Positions 20,901-35,069 of a stretch of 64,000 nt of DNA are shown piece after piece; the first letter of the stretch is position 1, and each line of letters opens with the position of its first letter. Made by a program: the position numbers and the translations under genes. Origin of the DNA: Takakia lepidozioides. Lineage: Eukaryota > Plantae > Bryophyta. The stretch lies in the NCBI GenBank assembly GCA_030704615.1, contig CM060734.1, positions 33,108,001 through 33,172,000 on the forward strand, read 5' to 3'. The notes beneath the pieces are model-generated. The model was given only the letters and a program-made list of their open reading frames with translations. It did not search any database and was not told where the DNA came from.

Positions 20901-23900
20901 GCAGACAGCAGAAATCTAGTGGATCGGTTCAGGGTTGGAGATCCATTCTCTTTTGGTGAGGTTTTGGAATTTGCCTCCTCTGGTTCAATTCTCTTACCCT
21001 TTTCTCTCCCTTGTTCTTCATCAATGTCAGGAACTGCCATTGTGTGCATTGTATCATCTCCCTCTGGTAGCTTCTCTTTCAAAGGAACAGGCTTCTGACT
21101 CAGTTCCTTCTCCACATCTCGTGTTTGAAAGCCATCTTCAACAAGACCATTCTCTCCAGGCTGTTCCTTGTCATCTTCAACTATCACACCGCCTGAACAA
21201 TCTGAGGTTGATGGGTGTTGCAGTGCATGACTAATTATCTTAACAGGGGCTTCATGAACTGCTGCTAAAATCTTCCCTCTTGGTCCTGTCAAAGTTTCCA
21301 ACAACTTGAGGCCCAAAAGAACTGAGCCAGGAATTGCTGCACCCTCAACTTGCGGCCTGTCAAAGAGAGCAAACAGGTTCCGAAGACGGTGAAGAACTTC
21401 ACAGGCCACAATCAGTTCTGCCAAATCCTCCTGCATTTGGAGCTGGCGTTCATCGGCGCAGACATGCCCCATGACAGCTATGACTGACCATAGTAGCCCT
21501 TCAAGTACCTCTTGCATTACTTCCAGCTTCTCATCACTAGACAACTTCTCTGGAGTACCATCTTTTGTATTGGCATTACCAAAAGATGACTCTTTCCAGC
21601 TGCTGGAACTAGATCCAATAGAATTGATGCCTGGGTTATTCGAGCAGCAGGCCATGGTGCTGAAGTTTTCCAAAGCTGTAGACAACATGGGGATCAAAGG
21701 AGGTAAGAGGTTGCGAACAAGGAAGTAGCTACGGTTGGCTGAAAGGGAAAGAAGCACAGAGAGTACTCGCAGCAGCACTACTGTCATCCCAGATGCTTCT
21801 GGTCTTGATGAATGAGAAGCTGGAAGTGCTGTGGCAATGTAATCAAGTAGGCCTTGCTGACGAGCTGCATGAAGCTCAGGTTCCTTATCCTCCAGATACT
21901 GCAGGAGCACCCAACATTATTAGCAATATGTGACCTGACACGCCCAGGATTGAGACTGTATTTCCCTTGAAATATCTCATCAAAGCTGTAACCACTCATT
22001 GACTATAGCAACAGTTCAGAGCAGATGTAGAAGCCGGGGATACATTAAATGAATTCCCTTGAGGCATGAGTCCAGACCAAAAACCACACTACTCTGTGAC
22101 CTGGAAAATATCATCTATGATACCCTTCCTCCAGGATATATGCGGGGGAAAAGAGACCCTCAACCATGAGTCCCTCTACTTATCAGGACACGAATGACAG
22201 CAGCACAGAAATAGTGATATGGCCATACCCTCACAACGTCATCCAGGATGATTCTGCTAGCAGAGAAATTCCCCGGTTTCCTAGTCTGCTGCAGCCGACC
22301 CAGCTCCTGCATCCACCTCCCTACCTTGGATCGTGCCCCGCCTGCGAAGATGTGCGAGTGGTATAAGCACACTAACATATAATACACAAATTTTCAATGG
22401 AATTCTCGCAGACCTTGGGCCTGATAGGACAGCCAAATTCTTGCCTTGAGCTACCCAACATACACACAGCCAATGTGGCAAGTCCCATCACTGTCAGCCC
22501 TGAGCTGATGGCATGAGCCTCTCCTCCCCTATCATTAGCTCAATTTAGGTGGTCATCCCAATACACAACCAATGTCCTATATAAACACTGAGATGTACTA
22601 CAACATGAAAAGTTCTGTGACCATATAAAACAGAATATACAATCCAGCCACGAATCAAACATACTCCATTGAGAACTGATTGAAAAGATAGGACTGATCT
22701 TGCCCACCTGTGAGGGTGGCAGTGCCCATCCCAAACCCTTCCACCCCAAGAGGAGGCTCAGCAAATTCTGTTTTCCTGCTCACCAATCTTTGACGTATTC
22801 TCTTCACCCTCTTCTTTAGGGTCTGCTTTTGCAAAGAGCTGCTCTCACAATTACCAACCAGGGTGATCAAACCTGCACCAACCTGGCTACAGGTGCTCCC
22901 CACCCTCTCTGGCACTGTTTCAGCTTCAGTAATTTGCCCGGGAGCTACTTTTTCTCTACTTGACGTTCGTCGAGCTGAAGGAGACACCTGCTCTCGCAGT
23001 CGACTTGGGGATTCCAATAAAATTTCTCTGCTGCGCTTATCTTGCTTGTCAAGATCCATCATTGCACGTTCCTTGATCTGTTCCAGATACACTTTGCGGC
23101 GGAGTGCACTCTCTCTCAACCTCTCTGCCAACTTCTGGCCCAGTAGCTCAGCTTCCTCCTGTTGAGCTTTCGCCCGAACTTCCTTCTTGCGAACTTGCTC
23201 TACAGCACGGGCCTCCCTAGCAGCACTGGCAGCTTTCCTTTCCTCTTCCCTCCTTGCTTTAGCCTCCTCTTTCTTGCGCTGTACCTCCACAATTCGCTGC
23301 AATCGCTCTGCTTCTAGCACCCGCCGCCGCTCCTGTGCTGCTTCTTCCCTGGCAATGTCCTCCTTCTGCTTTATTCTTAAGTTCTGCAGCCTCTCTGCCC
23401 GCCGAACCTCTGAATCTTGGAGCTTCTGCTGCAAGGAAAGCTTTTTATTCTCCTCGTTGAGTGAAGTTATGAACCGGACTTCGCTAACTTTGCTACTCTC
23501 GTCACTCGCTCTCCGTGCAATCTGAGCCAGATGGGCTTCATGCCGCGATTCCCCACGCTGCTGCCGTGCATGCATGCCTTCACGTAGTCGATTACTTCGG
23601 ACTGCCTGCCACTCACTCACACGATTCAGCTTTTCTGTGGTTCTCTGGAGACGCTGTACCCGCTCATTCTCCAGCTCCATTCGTATCTTGGTGGCACGTG
23701 CCTGCTTTCCGTCGACCTCCTTTTTCATCTCTGAGGGGCTTTTCTTTTTCCTCTCAGGTGACATTAGCTTGTCATGTAGCACACGAACACGCTCTGTACT
23801 CTTTCTGCCAGGGCTTGGAGACCATGACACCCGTGATGAGCCCTGGTGAGAAGAGGAGAGGATGTCCTCCCAGTTCCTCTTCTCTTTCCAAGCTTCCAGA

Positions 23901-26900
23901 GCATGCTTAGCACCAGCAGGCCAATTCTGTTCCTTATCCCTGCTCGTAGATGCAACACGGTGACCACTAGATGCTGTTGGCCTCATGAATCTATCAATCT
24001 GGCCTGCACTTGAAGTAGGCCTTCTGTTCGATGTTTCTACACATCTGTTAGCTGGGCTTTCAGGATCACCTACAGAAGCTCCCTTCTTTCGGCCTTCTTT
24101 TTCTTTGGGAGAGGCCCTTGCGGATGTGACTGATGAGGCAACTTGATTGGACAAATTATCAGACACGTTCCTTAAGTCTTTGCTGTTTCTCACGGAATCA
24201 GAATGACGTCTATCTGCATTGGGAGGGGGGAATGAATTTAAGCAAAGACTAGGAGCTGCCAAGGAGGACTGAATTCCTTTCTGTTTTGCGGGAATTTCTG
24301 CGCAAGCAGATATCCCTTTCAATTTTGATGGGTTTTCCATAAAACTTGCAAACACCTCCTTTGATTTTAAAGGGGCCTCCCTATGGCTGACAATAGGCAT
24401 GTTGGACGTAATAGAAATGTCCTTAGACATTTCAGCAGGTTCTTTAGAAATTAAAAGGATATCGGTGCAACTAGAGACAGGCACTTCTCGTGACCCTGAA
24501 ACAGATTCTTTCAACTTCAGGAATTTAGTGAGTACATTTTCCTCGAAGTCAGAGTGAAAAGAAAGGACACGGGAGGTGTCCCTCCTTCTACCTTGTGGGT
24601 TCTGGGCTTGTCGCACACCCTGCACTTTCTTGAGGGAATCCAGAGGGGATGAAAGAATGTCAGCCCGGTGCTGGGAGCATGCCATGCGACGTACCTGCAG
24701 AAAACAATAACAGAGATTACTTTTCGTGGCAATTGCTTGTGTGACCTACTGATTCCTCCAGTTTCTGAAGGGAAGAAAAGCAGGGATCATTTACCACAGG
24801 CCTCTATTGCTGAAGACAACCGCAGACTGGCTACCTTTATAACTGTCACGACCATGATTTAGAATACATCCAACAAGAACCAGAACAGTTCATTCTGACA
24901 TTTCTTAAAAGACGAAAGTGGTCCAACCTTACCTCCCAAGCAATCCCATGAGGACGCCTATGCTGATGTTCTCCTTTTGTGGATATTGAACTGCTGGAGC
25001 TAGCAGCAGATACAGGGCGAGGCAGACCTGGCCCCTTTCTTACTCTATCAAACCCTTCAACTCTACTTTTAAGGTCTTTAAAATCAACCCCAGATTCATC
25101 CAATACAAGAAGAGCCTCCTTCATTTGCTCCACGTCTGACTCCAGCTCACAGAGAAAATAGAGCTCATCAATGGCCCTACTCAGATTCTCAAAGAGGTAG
25201 CACCACAACCGCTGCCGAAATCGTTCCCTGCATTCTCCTGCATAAGCAATGGACGACAGTTTTGCACGAAAGCAAGAGAAGGGGATAAACAAAGAAAGAT
25301 GGAAACTTTATAGTGTCCACAGGGAACCTGTGGAACCACAGGACAAGTACAGCAAGAGAGAACAACAGGTACAACATGATATACATGGTGTGCTTGCATG
25401 GGCATCTATGTTTTACCACCGTGCAATTGCCAATTGCACCGAAGTTTTTGTTTCCGTCAGATTGACCATCAATTATGCACTAGGAACTGCACGCAGTGAA
25501 TCCAGTGAATACTGGAGTTGGGCTCAACTGGTTCGACAGGCATTGTTGGAATATTCAGCTCACAATCTCTTCTGAGAAGTCCTCAACAGGAGGTTTGAGA
25601 CTTTTGTGACATCCCACCATTCTACACAAACAAGTATACACTTTGCCCACTGAGAAACTTACTCTCATCATCTCTCTCAATCATCCTGCTGTCAGCTGTG
25701 TTGGTTGCTGGAACTTCCAGCAACCCTTCTCCCACAACTCGAACACTGTTTGCTGAGCAATCCACCCTTTCAGCAGCAGCCACCATCTGACTCTCACTTG
25801 AAGGATCCAATGGAAAAGAAGTGACCAGACCCATTGCATCAGGACTGCAGGGGTTTGCTTCAGCAGACCCCTCTTGCAAAGCTTCCTCATCTGCTTCAAG
25901 GAATTCCTCATTGAAACCCTCTCCTGGGCCCCCAACACGTCTACCTACCACCTCTCCAGATTTTGCTATGTCAAGAGCAGCTGCGTCTGGTGCTGTTGCT
26001 ACTGCTTGCCTCAAATACCCCTGCGGGTCGCCATTGTGCCTTTCAGACATATGACTCTTCTCTAAATCAATACAGTCTATTTTTTTTGGCTCAGCCTTGC
26101 TGTCGGAATCTTGTTTGACAACATTTTTTATCATCTTTGCATCAGGTTCATGTCCATTTGGAGCAATAGTAAAGCCACTAAGCTCTAAACAACCCATTGC
26201 CAAAAGCGCCAGTCCGGTGGAGCCTTGCCCTGCATCTGGAAAGTTTACATCTGATCGTTGTTTGACATTTTCTTCTGTAGCTCTGCCATCCAAAGCAGGC
26301 TCTCTAGAGGCAAAACCCTGGGCATCTGCAACTGCAATAGGGCCACCCAATAACACAACTGGCATGTGTTCTAAGTCTTCAACTTCAAGATCTCCCCACT
26401 TGAATTTGGGAACATCTGCAGCTGTTGCTGCATTTATTAAGCTTTTCCGCCGCTCTTCTACATCTTCCACAATTTCTCTCTCTCTGTCATCCACAGGGGT
26501 GCTCACGCATGAGATTGCATCACCAGAGGTGGTTGTGCCTCGTGTGTTTCCATCTTCACCATTCTGCATATGCAGCATCTCAAATTTTCTCTTAGTATTT
26601 ATTATTTGCAAGCCACATTTTCCAGGACTTAAGCACTCTCCCCCTGACGATCTTCTTTCTGAAGAGCCTCCATCTCCATCTCTAGCTGCAACAGTGTCGG
26701 TGAAGCAAATGACAGGATTGGGAGAGTCACTGGACTCTTTATCAGATCCAAGAGAATTACTCGGACAATCAACCGATGTAGCAGGATAGTCAGATGTGTA
26801 CTCGAGCGTAGACAGATCACTCAATCCACTACAAGGTGTAGGAGGACAACCCCTTTCATTGGAACGAAGGGAGGGGCTATTGCAATCTTCAATGTGAACC

Positions 26901-27094
26901 TCGTAAGACGGGAAGGAATCGCTTGTTTCTAGGTTCGCCGGAGTTACTATTACCATAGTGGACATGTCCATTGCTCTTCCTTTGGTTTCTGTCTTCACCA
27001 AACAGATTGATTCTGTCAAGAGCAACTCAGGCTCACTGGGTTTTCGATAGTTACCCTCATTGGCTATTGGGCAGTTCCGTAACCCTACAGACAT
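17947..27094 (-). CDS. SCAPER: SCAPER-like (S-phase cyclin A-associated protein in the ER), multi-exon; 5' exons not resolved
   Basis: The SCAPER N-domain exon (ECRERFRQRLWCYLFENLSRAIDELYFLCELESD) is at ~24930-25240 and the coiled coil (LHDKLMSPERKKK..SKVSEVRFITSLNEENKK) at 22.7-24.7 kb. Later exons read LPSNFEEVATSVLRVLNN (~20510-20610), DLRMEFFHLVSFLLSHC (~19240-19330), NQAVLRWGKSPTILHK (~18910-19020) and CDLPFAFFSDPKL..LHNRFP (17947-18696). Boundaries are GT-AG. Confidence 0.9.
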
Positions 27095-28139
27095 GGGAAG
27101 GATTGCTGGTCTATCGAAACCTTCTCTTCCCTTTTACTCGGATTTCAGTCTGAGCCGATGGGGCCAAGTCCACTCAGGCCGGCATAAAACACTCTTTGCT
27201 GCTGCTTCACATCGCTCCATCATGGCAAAACTTCCCTCATTCGCAACCTTTCCATAGATATTTACCCAGAGATGTATGCGTCATTCGCAAGCTCACTGGT
27301 TCTCTGATCTCCCAGGGATGAGAGCACCAGAAAATATACTAAGGAACTTCCACGCCGTATCCTGTCGATAAAGAGGCCAGCTCTCCCCTCGTTGAAGATA
27401 AAGACCTACATTCTGCAGACAGACACATATGATGAGCTGAGAGTCCTTGATGGAGGCAATTCTGATCCATCCCGCTTGAAATACCCACAACAGTGCTGGT
27501 TAAAAGGTGGTAATGCAACGTTTTCTTACCACAAAGAACTAGACAGGTCCTCAAGCTGATACAATCAGAGTAACCCTAAAAATGCACGCCAAGTCACTCA
27601 CCACAAAGCGCCCTCCATCGATTGACAGTTGCTCTTACGCTATTCTGTTTTGCAATTGAGAACTTCCTCATTTGGGGAAAGAATGCAGGTCACCCTCCTG
27701 AAAAACTTGGCTCACACATTACATTTGAGAAAGACTGCAACTCCCTCATTCACCCAAAATATCATAGAGTTACGCATTGGCTGTTGTTGCGTGGGCAGTG
27801 TTGCTCACAGACATGGAGTCTGGTGAGAATGTGGAGTGGACAAGGAAACGTAGTGAGCATCTCTGCCCAATTGTGAATATTCCAGCACTGCACCCACTAC
27901 TAACCTTGCTTGACCTATTCGCAGAAGTACCTACAGAGTTTTACTTTCCATTTCATGAACCCTTGCCACCTGCTATTTTATGATTGGGGGGTTTGGGAAT
28001 TGAAGAGACACAATCACCCTCATAATCTACTGAAATGGCTCTCTTGCCACATCATTCACCCGGCCTGAATTTAGGGGTCTCATTACACAGCCCACCCCTG
28101 CAGGGGAAAGGGGCTCTTGTTTACGCTGGCTCCGGCTGA

Positions 28140-29357
28140 ATCGTCCAATTGAAATTCGTTTCTTGCCATGCATGTCGATTAATGCGTTGAAGGTGACAAA
28201 AATTGGGGTCACAATTGGCTGCTCTCATCTCCCTGTAGGTGTCCATAGCCAGCTTGTCTCACCCTGCCTTATTATACGCATCCATCATTTCACGCATCAT
28301 TTCACAAGTGCCCAGACTGATAGGCAGTGAATTCTCTGTCAAAGCTGATTTTGCAAGTCAATGTCGATAATGACACATTTGGTTTTCAGGTGTTCCAGGA
28401 CATGAAAGAGGCAGGATGTGAGCCAGAGAGGGCGATATTCAACACCCTAATTGATGCCTACGGTAGATGTGGCTCATCACAGCACGCTATGAGACTCTAC
28501 AAGGGAATGCTGAGGGCTGCGTGTAGTCCAGACAGAGCTTTACTGGCTGCCCTCTCAAAGGAGGCGCAATGGGAGCAAGCTGAATGAGTACTAGAAGAGC
28601 TGAAAAATAGCAGTTTGAACTGAATGCTTCTCGGCATGCTTATGCGAGTGGTGGGCAGTTGCAGAATTTCAAGACAGCAGTTGACGATCTGTCTGCACTT
28701 GTACCTCTAAGCAAAATATTGCATGAGACACTGTTCTGGTGTATGGCATGTGTGGTCTTCTCGAGAGCTGAGGTTGTATTCCAGGACATGCAACGACTTG
28801 AGCATCTGCCAGATGTCAACACATTCAATGCCATGGTTGCTCTCTTTGGGAAGAGGTTGAGAGTTGACAAGGCCACTGAAATGCTAAAATTGATGTAAAA
28901 GACTGGTTTGCTCTCAGATCTGGTCACATACAATTTTATGATGAGCATGTATGGGCGGGAAGGTATGTGCCAAAGGGCGGAGGAAGTTCTTAGGGAGATG
29001 TAAGTGGCAGGGGCGACCTTGTCTCCTGCAATGCACTCACTTTCCCTCACAGCAAGCATGGGCAGATGGATGAAGCTCCCCGCATTTTCCACGAGAAGAG
29101 GGCTTCAACCCGATAATTTCACATGTAATACGTTTGTAAGTTGCTATGCAAACCTTGGGATCTTCACAGAAGCTATGAATGGGATAAAGCACATGAGGAA
29201 GTGTGGGTGTAAGCTCGAGGAAATGAGTTACCGAGCCATAATTGATGGCTACTGCAAGCTGGGAAAATTTTCCGAGGTGATTGTATTCGTCGGTTTATCA
29301 AAGAAACAGATTGGATCTGGACCCAGCTGCGTACTGCAGAATAGCTGCTCGCATTAG
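28140..29357 (+). pseudogene. Degraded P-class PPR gene fragment (At5g02860-like) whose 5' segment (28140-28288) is inverted
   Basis: The plus strand reads VFQDMKEAGCEPERAIFNTLIDAYGRCG..LAALSKEAQWEQAE, PDVNTFNAMV, PDNFTCNTFV with stops and frameshifts. The minus strand reads MMDAYNKAG*DKLAMDTYREMRAANCDPNFVTFNALIDMHGKK. Confidence 0.8.
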
Positions 29358-29373
29358 TGAGTATGACTTGTAT

Positions 29374-29438
29374 TCTTAATCTATGTATGATCCCAATCTT
29401 GCCTTCTTAATCTATGTATGATCCTAATCTTGCCTTCT
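29374..29438. repeat. 31-bp tandem duplication (ttcttaatctatgtatgatcc.aatcttgcc x2)
   Basis: Directly visible in the sequence. Confidence 0.85.
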
Positions 29439-31904
29439 GTTTCTCTCTTCCTCTCACTTCTTCCCCTCCAAAGCCCCAATGATATCTTTTACCTCCAGAG
29501 TCTCCAGGTGAGAAAATCTGATACCATTCAAATTTTGCAGAAGTCAGTGCTTTAATTTGGGACATTCCGCAAGATTTAGCTGCAAATTCAACTGGGAACT
29601 GCATGGACAGTCTGATCACTTCTCAGCTTGTGATGCTATTGCGTCCTTCAGTCAACCAGAGGGAGAGGATCAACTGAGAGGAAATTATCCCAGAAGGTTG
29701 AATTCTCCAAGTAAATCTGGTAGAGGGAGAGCCATTGCTTGGCAAGCAAGGGGCCTCTGGGCTTCCCCGAAACCTGTATTACCCTTGGAGAGCTGCCTAA
29801 GACTGCAGTACAATGAGAGGGAGTGTGGCAGCCACATTGCTCACCCACTTAGTTTTACTTCCTGGTTGAGAAAGGGGGCCAATTTGCCTATGGTGGGGAT
29901 AACATGGTTGGCTATATGGACAAAAAGCCCTGCTCTTCAGATGGGGTGCTGAGGGTGTCGGAGATCTAGCACCTACATTACTCGCTCACCCTCCCCTGTC
30001 ATCTCCCCTCAGCCATAGCTTTAGTAAGCTACTCCCTCTGCTGCAGAAGTGTCCACCATCGCAACATGAGAGATCCCTGCTCTTGTGGGTCCTCAGCATG
30101 TGCACATTAGACAAGATTGTGTGTTTGCTATGCTCATGGAACCTCGTTGTTCGCCACATGACAAGGAATGATGGTCGTGAGCCTCGACTACCACAAACCT
30201 TTACTCCAAAAATGAGGCAATGTTGTGGATCGCTGTTAACGGCCATAGTTTGTCCTGTTTCTACTCTACAACCACCTGCGACAAGGGGCTTTCTCCCCTC
30301 CAAAAACCATCAGGAAGAAATCACAAGGGTGTGTGTCTTTTCAAGCTATGAATATCACAGAAAGTGCTGATAGCAAACATGACAGAAGGAGCATCAAAAG
30401 TGGTTAGGTTGGATCTATGTTTGATAGTGGTGAAGGCTGGTGGAAGAAAGTGCTACTCCCAGTTGTATTCAAGAAACAGACCATTTCTGACAGGCGCCAG
30501 ATCTCAAGGATATCTTCTGACGCAAGCCAGAATTGTTTTGAAAGTGTATGGCATAATTTTGAATGAGTGATGTTGAGAGAAATGAAATGGAATGAATTGG
30601 TGCTTTATGAGAGAGAAAGAGGCCAGAGGCCAGTGAGGGTCTGGCAGTATCTGACTGCTCTTCAAGTATTTGTCTGTGACAAGCAGATGTGGCAACAGCT
30701 CCGATTGAGGGGCTGCTATTCCGGCTTGGAATGGGAATTGGTACATGGCCACTTCAAGCAAGACTGAGGTTGAGAGGATGAGCCGGTTGTTGAAGGAGGC
30801 AGAGGGTCCAGTTCTCTCAGTCAAGTTCAGGACTGAGAGAACTGGAAAGAAGGGAGGTGATGTGCCTCAAGCACATCAACATTTACAGGTAAGATTTATT
30901 GGGAAGCAAAGTCAACAAGAGCGCCTCGCAACTCGAAAGCGCGGGCGAACATCGCCTCCCGAGTGTCCCGTGCAAGCAAGATGCGCAGAGTCCGCAGAGA
31001 CAGCGAGGGACAGGCCATGGTTTGCGTTGAGCACCGCTTGCAAGGTGAAACGATGGCGGGAAGGCCCAAAGCTTGCAACGATGGCGGGAAAGCATGAAGC
31101 TTATGTGACAATGGCAGATCGCACTGGAGCTTCAAAGTCCAGGGAAACGTAGAGTGGAGACCCTATTGTCCCTCGCGATGCGCCTACGTGCCACTGTCAG
31201 TGCCAACATGTACTATTTTTATCATGCCCGTAGGAGGTCTCATTAGTACAACAACCAAGAACGGGCAGAATTCAAAGAAAACAAAACTCGCAACCTTCCT
31301 AAGGGCCCATTAAACTTCTAATAAGTTTTCTACCAGTACAAATTGGTACTATGATCCTTATCGCTTGCTTTTAGTCTAGCGGCAGTTTCTATGCTTCAAA
31401 TATTTTTGGTCCCAGTTTTTGGTGGAGATTACAGTAATGTCTGTCCGTCGTGATGTGGCAGTGGTCTGTTCACCAGGGAATAATCATTCTCTGGACACTA
31501 TGTTGGTTTGTCTTGATATTCAATCTTTTGCTTGTGAATATTTATAGGGGTAAGTTTGGCCGCCTAGGAATCTTTCTGGCTCATTGCAAAAGTCTCGTTC
31601 CCTTAGGGGAGGAAAATAGGGGAGGGATCATTGACATAAGACCTCGGTTGGTTATCTAAGGGTTTGTCATCTGCTGCTGGTTCTGTGCAGCATGCCTAAT
31701 GATGAGGCGCAACGGTATGGAGCGACCAGAAACAGAGCGTGGAGCGACCAGAAACAGTACGCAGTTTATCCTCAAACTAAAGGACTTCTGTAGTTTGCTA
31801 GCTGTGGTAATATGTAGCAAACAGCCTATCCTTCTTCCTTTAAAGTATCTGCGAGCATGTTATGTGTTAATAAGTTTGAGTACAAAGCTCTGTAACTAAG
31901 ATTT

Positions 31905-34615
31905 GAGTCATGCAGGATTGGAAGGTCCTACAAGGCACAGCTGTTTGTTGGACTTGAGGCTGGCAGCAGGGGTAGTTCCTCCAGCCTCACCACTGCTTTT
32001 GAAGGGCCACCAAGAGAGGGAGTCAATGGGAACTATTCTGGCACTGTAAAGACACTATGTAAGGCAGGACGGCATAAAGAAGTGCTGCACATTTTGAACC
32101 AACGTGGCATTCAGGTAGACACCAATACATACATCTGCATCTTGCAGGAGTGCATCAACTTGAAAGATCTAGCAGAAGGAAAGCGGGTTCATGCCCACAT
32201 TCTCCAATGTGGATTAAAGCCAAACACCTTTCTACTCAGCACCCTTTTCAAAATGTATGCCAGGTGTGGGAGCATGGTGGATGCACACCAAGTGTTTTTA
32301 AAAATGCCTGAGCGAAGTTTGTTTGCATGGACTGAAATGATAGCAGGATATGCCAAACATGGGCGTGGTAGGGAGGCTCTCATTGTCTATGAGCAAATGA
32401 AAAGGGAAGGGGTGACTACAGACAAGGTCACGTTCACTTGCATTCTCAATGCCTGTGCCAGCCTAGGGGCCCTTGAAAAGGGCAAAGCAGTCCATGATGA
32501 TATCATCAAGGCTGGAATTGTACCAGATATCATTCTGGAGACTGCCCTTGGTAACATGTATGCCAAAAGTGGGAGCGTGAATGATGCGCGCAAAGTGTTT
32601 GACAATATGACTTTACGAGATGTGGTCTCATGGAACACCATGATTGCAGGATATGCAAAGCATGGGTGTGGTAGGGAAGCCTTCCAGACATACGAGAAGA
32701 TGCTACATGAAGGGGTGCCTCGCAACAAAGTCACGTTCATCTGCGTTCTCAAGTCGTGTGCCACACTAGGGTCTCTAGAAATGGGGAAAAAGGTCCACGC
32801 CGACATCAGGAAAAGTGGAATTTCACCTGATATTAATCTGGAAAACACCCTTGTTGACATGTATGCAAAATGTGGGAGCGTAACTGATGCACGTCAAGTG
32901 TTCAACAAAATGGCTCAACGAGATGTTGTGTCATGGAACGCAATGATCGGGGGATGCACTCAGCATGAGTGTGGAAGGGAAGCTTTGGAGATCTATGAGT
33001 GGATGATAGGGGAAGGGGTGAAGCCAGACAACATAACGTTCATTTGCGTTCTCAATGCGTGTGCCAGCCTAGGAACCCTGGATAAGGGCAAAGCGATCCA
33101 CGCCGACATTGTCAAAGCTGTTATTGAGCCTGATGTCATTTTGGAGACTGCCCTTGCTGACATGTATGCCAAATGTGGGAGCATGAGTGATGCACGTCAA
33201 GTATTTGACAAAATGGCTAAGCGAGATGTGTGCTCATGGAGCGTGATGATCACAGGATATGCTCAGCACGGATGTGGTATGGAGGCTTTTGAGATCTACA
33301 AGGAAATGATAGGGGAAGCGGTGACACCCGACAGGATCACATTCATTTCCATTCTCAACGCATGTGCCAGCATAGGAGCATTGGAAAAGGGCAAAGAGAT
33401 CCATGCTTGCATCAGCGAAAGTGGACACCAAGGTATTGGGGAGCTCAAGAAGGAGCTTGTTTGCCACAAGATTTGCAAGGATTGCAAGAGGGAAGTCTTG
33501 TGTGTGTACCAGATATCATCCTGGAGAACACCCTTCTTGACATGTATGCCAAATGTGGGAGTGTCAAGGATGCTCGCCAAGTGTTTGACAACATGGCCCA
33601 TCGAGATGTGGTCTCATGGAATGCAATGATTGCAGGATATGCCCAGCTTGGCCGTGGTAGGGAGGCTTTGGAGATCTATGAGCAAATGATGTGGGAAGGG
33701 CTGCCACCCGACAACATCACCTTCATTTGCATTCTCAATGCATGTGCTAGCCTGGCTGCCCTGGGAAATGGCAAAGAGGTTCATGCCGACATCGTGAAGG
33801 CCGGTTTCATGCCAGATATCATTCTGGAGACTGCCCTTGCTGACATGTATGGCAAATGCGGGAGCCTCAAGGATGCGCATCAAGTGTTCGACAATATGGT
33901 TCAACGAAACGTGGTTTCATGGAACGTGATTATTGCAGGATATGCTCAGCATGGGTGTGCTTGGGAGGCGCTTCACCTATTTGAACAAATGCAAAAGGAA
34001 GGCCTGAGGCCAGATGAAATTACCTTTGTAGGTGTTCTCACTGCATGTAGCCATGCCGGCCTGGTGGATGAAGGTTGTCACTACTTTGATTCCTTGAGTG
34101 GAGATCATGGCCTCAGTCCCACAGTGGAGCATTTTGGCTGCATGGTGGACCTTCTTGGCCGTGTAGCGCGATTGGGTGAGGCAGAGGACCTGATTGATAA
34201 AATGCCAATCAAACCAGATGATTCGGTGTGGGTGGCCTTGCTTGGTGCATGCAGAATTCATGGTGATGTGGACCTAGCAGAACGTGTGGCAAAATGCCTT
34301 TTCAAGTAGGATCCACAGCATGCTATAACTTGTTATGTACTGCTATCGAACATCTATGCTGCGATTGGCAGGTGGCACTATCAAGCTAAGGTGAAAACAA
34401 TGATGAAAGATACAGGTGTCAGAAAGGAGCCGGGCGCAACTGCATGGAGGAGGACAAGGGTGCATACATTCCTAGTAGATGACAAATTCCATCCAGATAT
34501 TGTGAAATCTATGCTGAGCTGAACTGATTGTCTGGACTGATGAAGGAGGCAGGGTACATGCCCACGCTTTGTGTTATACATGATGTGGAGGAGGAGCAAA
34601 AGGAATTTTCTCTTG
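31905..34615 (+). pseudogene. PLS-class PPR paralog, disrupted (insertion frameshift, premature stop in the E domain, DYW domain lost)
   Basis: PLS repeats occupy ORFs 32082-33629 and 33362-34309. Foreign sequence at ~33408-33505 shifts the frame, and TAG at 34307-34309 replaces L in KLDPQ. The PG box is frameshifted and homology stops at HDVEEEQKEFSL, just before HSEKLA. The N-terminus (REGVNGNYSGT) is homologous to that of the 9.2-11.7 kb gene. Confidence 0.88.
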
Positions 34616-34797
34616 AGAGAGTGCTCAAGGCCAAGACCACCAGTCGACACGACCACTACTCGCCCAAGCTTGAGAGTAACATGGAAGGCACAGGGGATCT
34701 CTTAGGCTACCTTTCAAAACTTGAAAAGGAACTGGGCACCTTGGAAGACAGATGTGGCCACTGCATTCAAGGGAAAAGTAGTGCCTCTGGGACAACT

Positions 34798-34972
34798 CCA
34801 GTGTGGTATCAAGTTTTTTACATACCAGTCTGGTCCTGGTACCAGGCATATCACAAAGTTTTCATACCAGTCTGGTCTATATAATGGTGGATGTATATTT
34901 GTCCAAATACTGGTATGAGTATGAGTATCATGACCACAATACCAACTGGTATGAGGTATCAACTCTGGTATC
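34798..34972. repeat. Cluster of ACCAG/CTGGTAT short inverted motifs (MITE-like)
   Basis: Repeated ccagtgtggtat / ataccagtctggt / ataccaactggtat motifs. Confidence 0.4.
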
Positions 34973-35069
34973 ATCCTTTATGTGTATTGTATTTATTTTC
35001 ACTGGATATTTGCTATTTGATAAACTTGTAATTCAAGATGGCTTTAGAAGTAAATAGATATATATATTG

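Noticed and set aside
29450-31200. Separate protein-coding gene between the PPR pseudogene and the second PPR
   Set aside because: Only short ORFs without recognisable motifs; more likely SCAPER 5' UTR, intron or promoter sequence.
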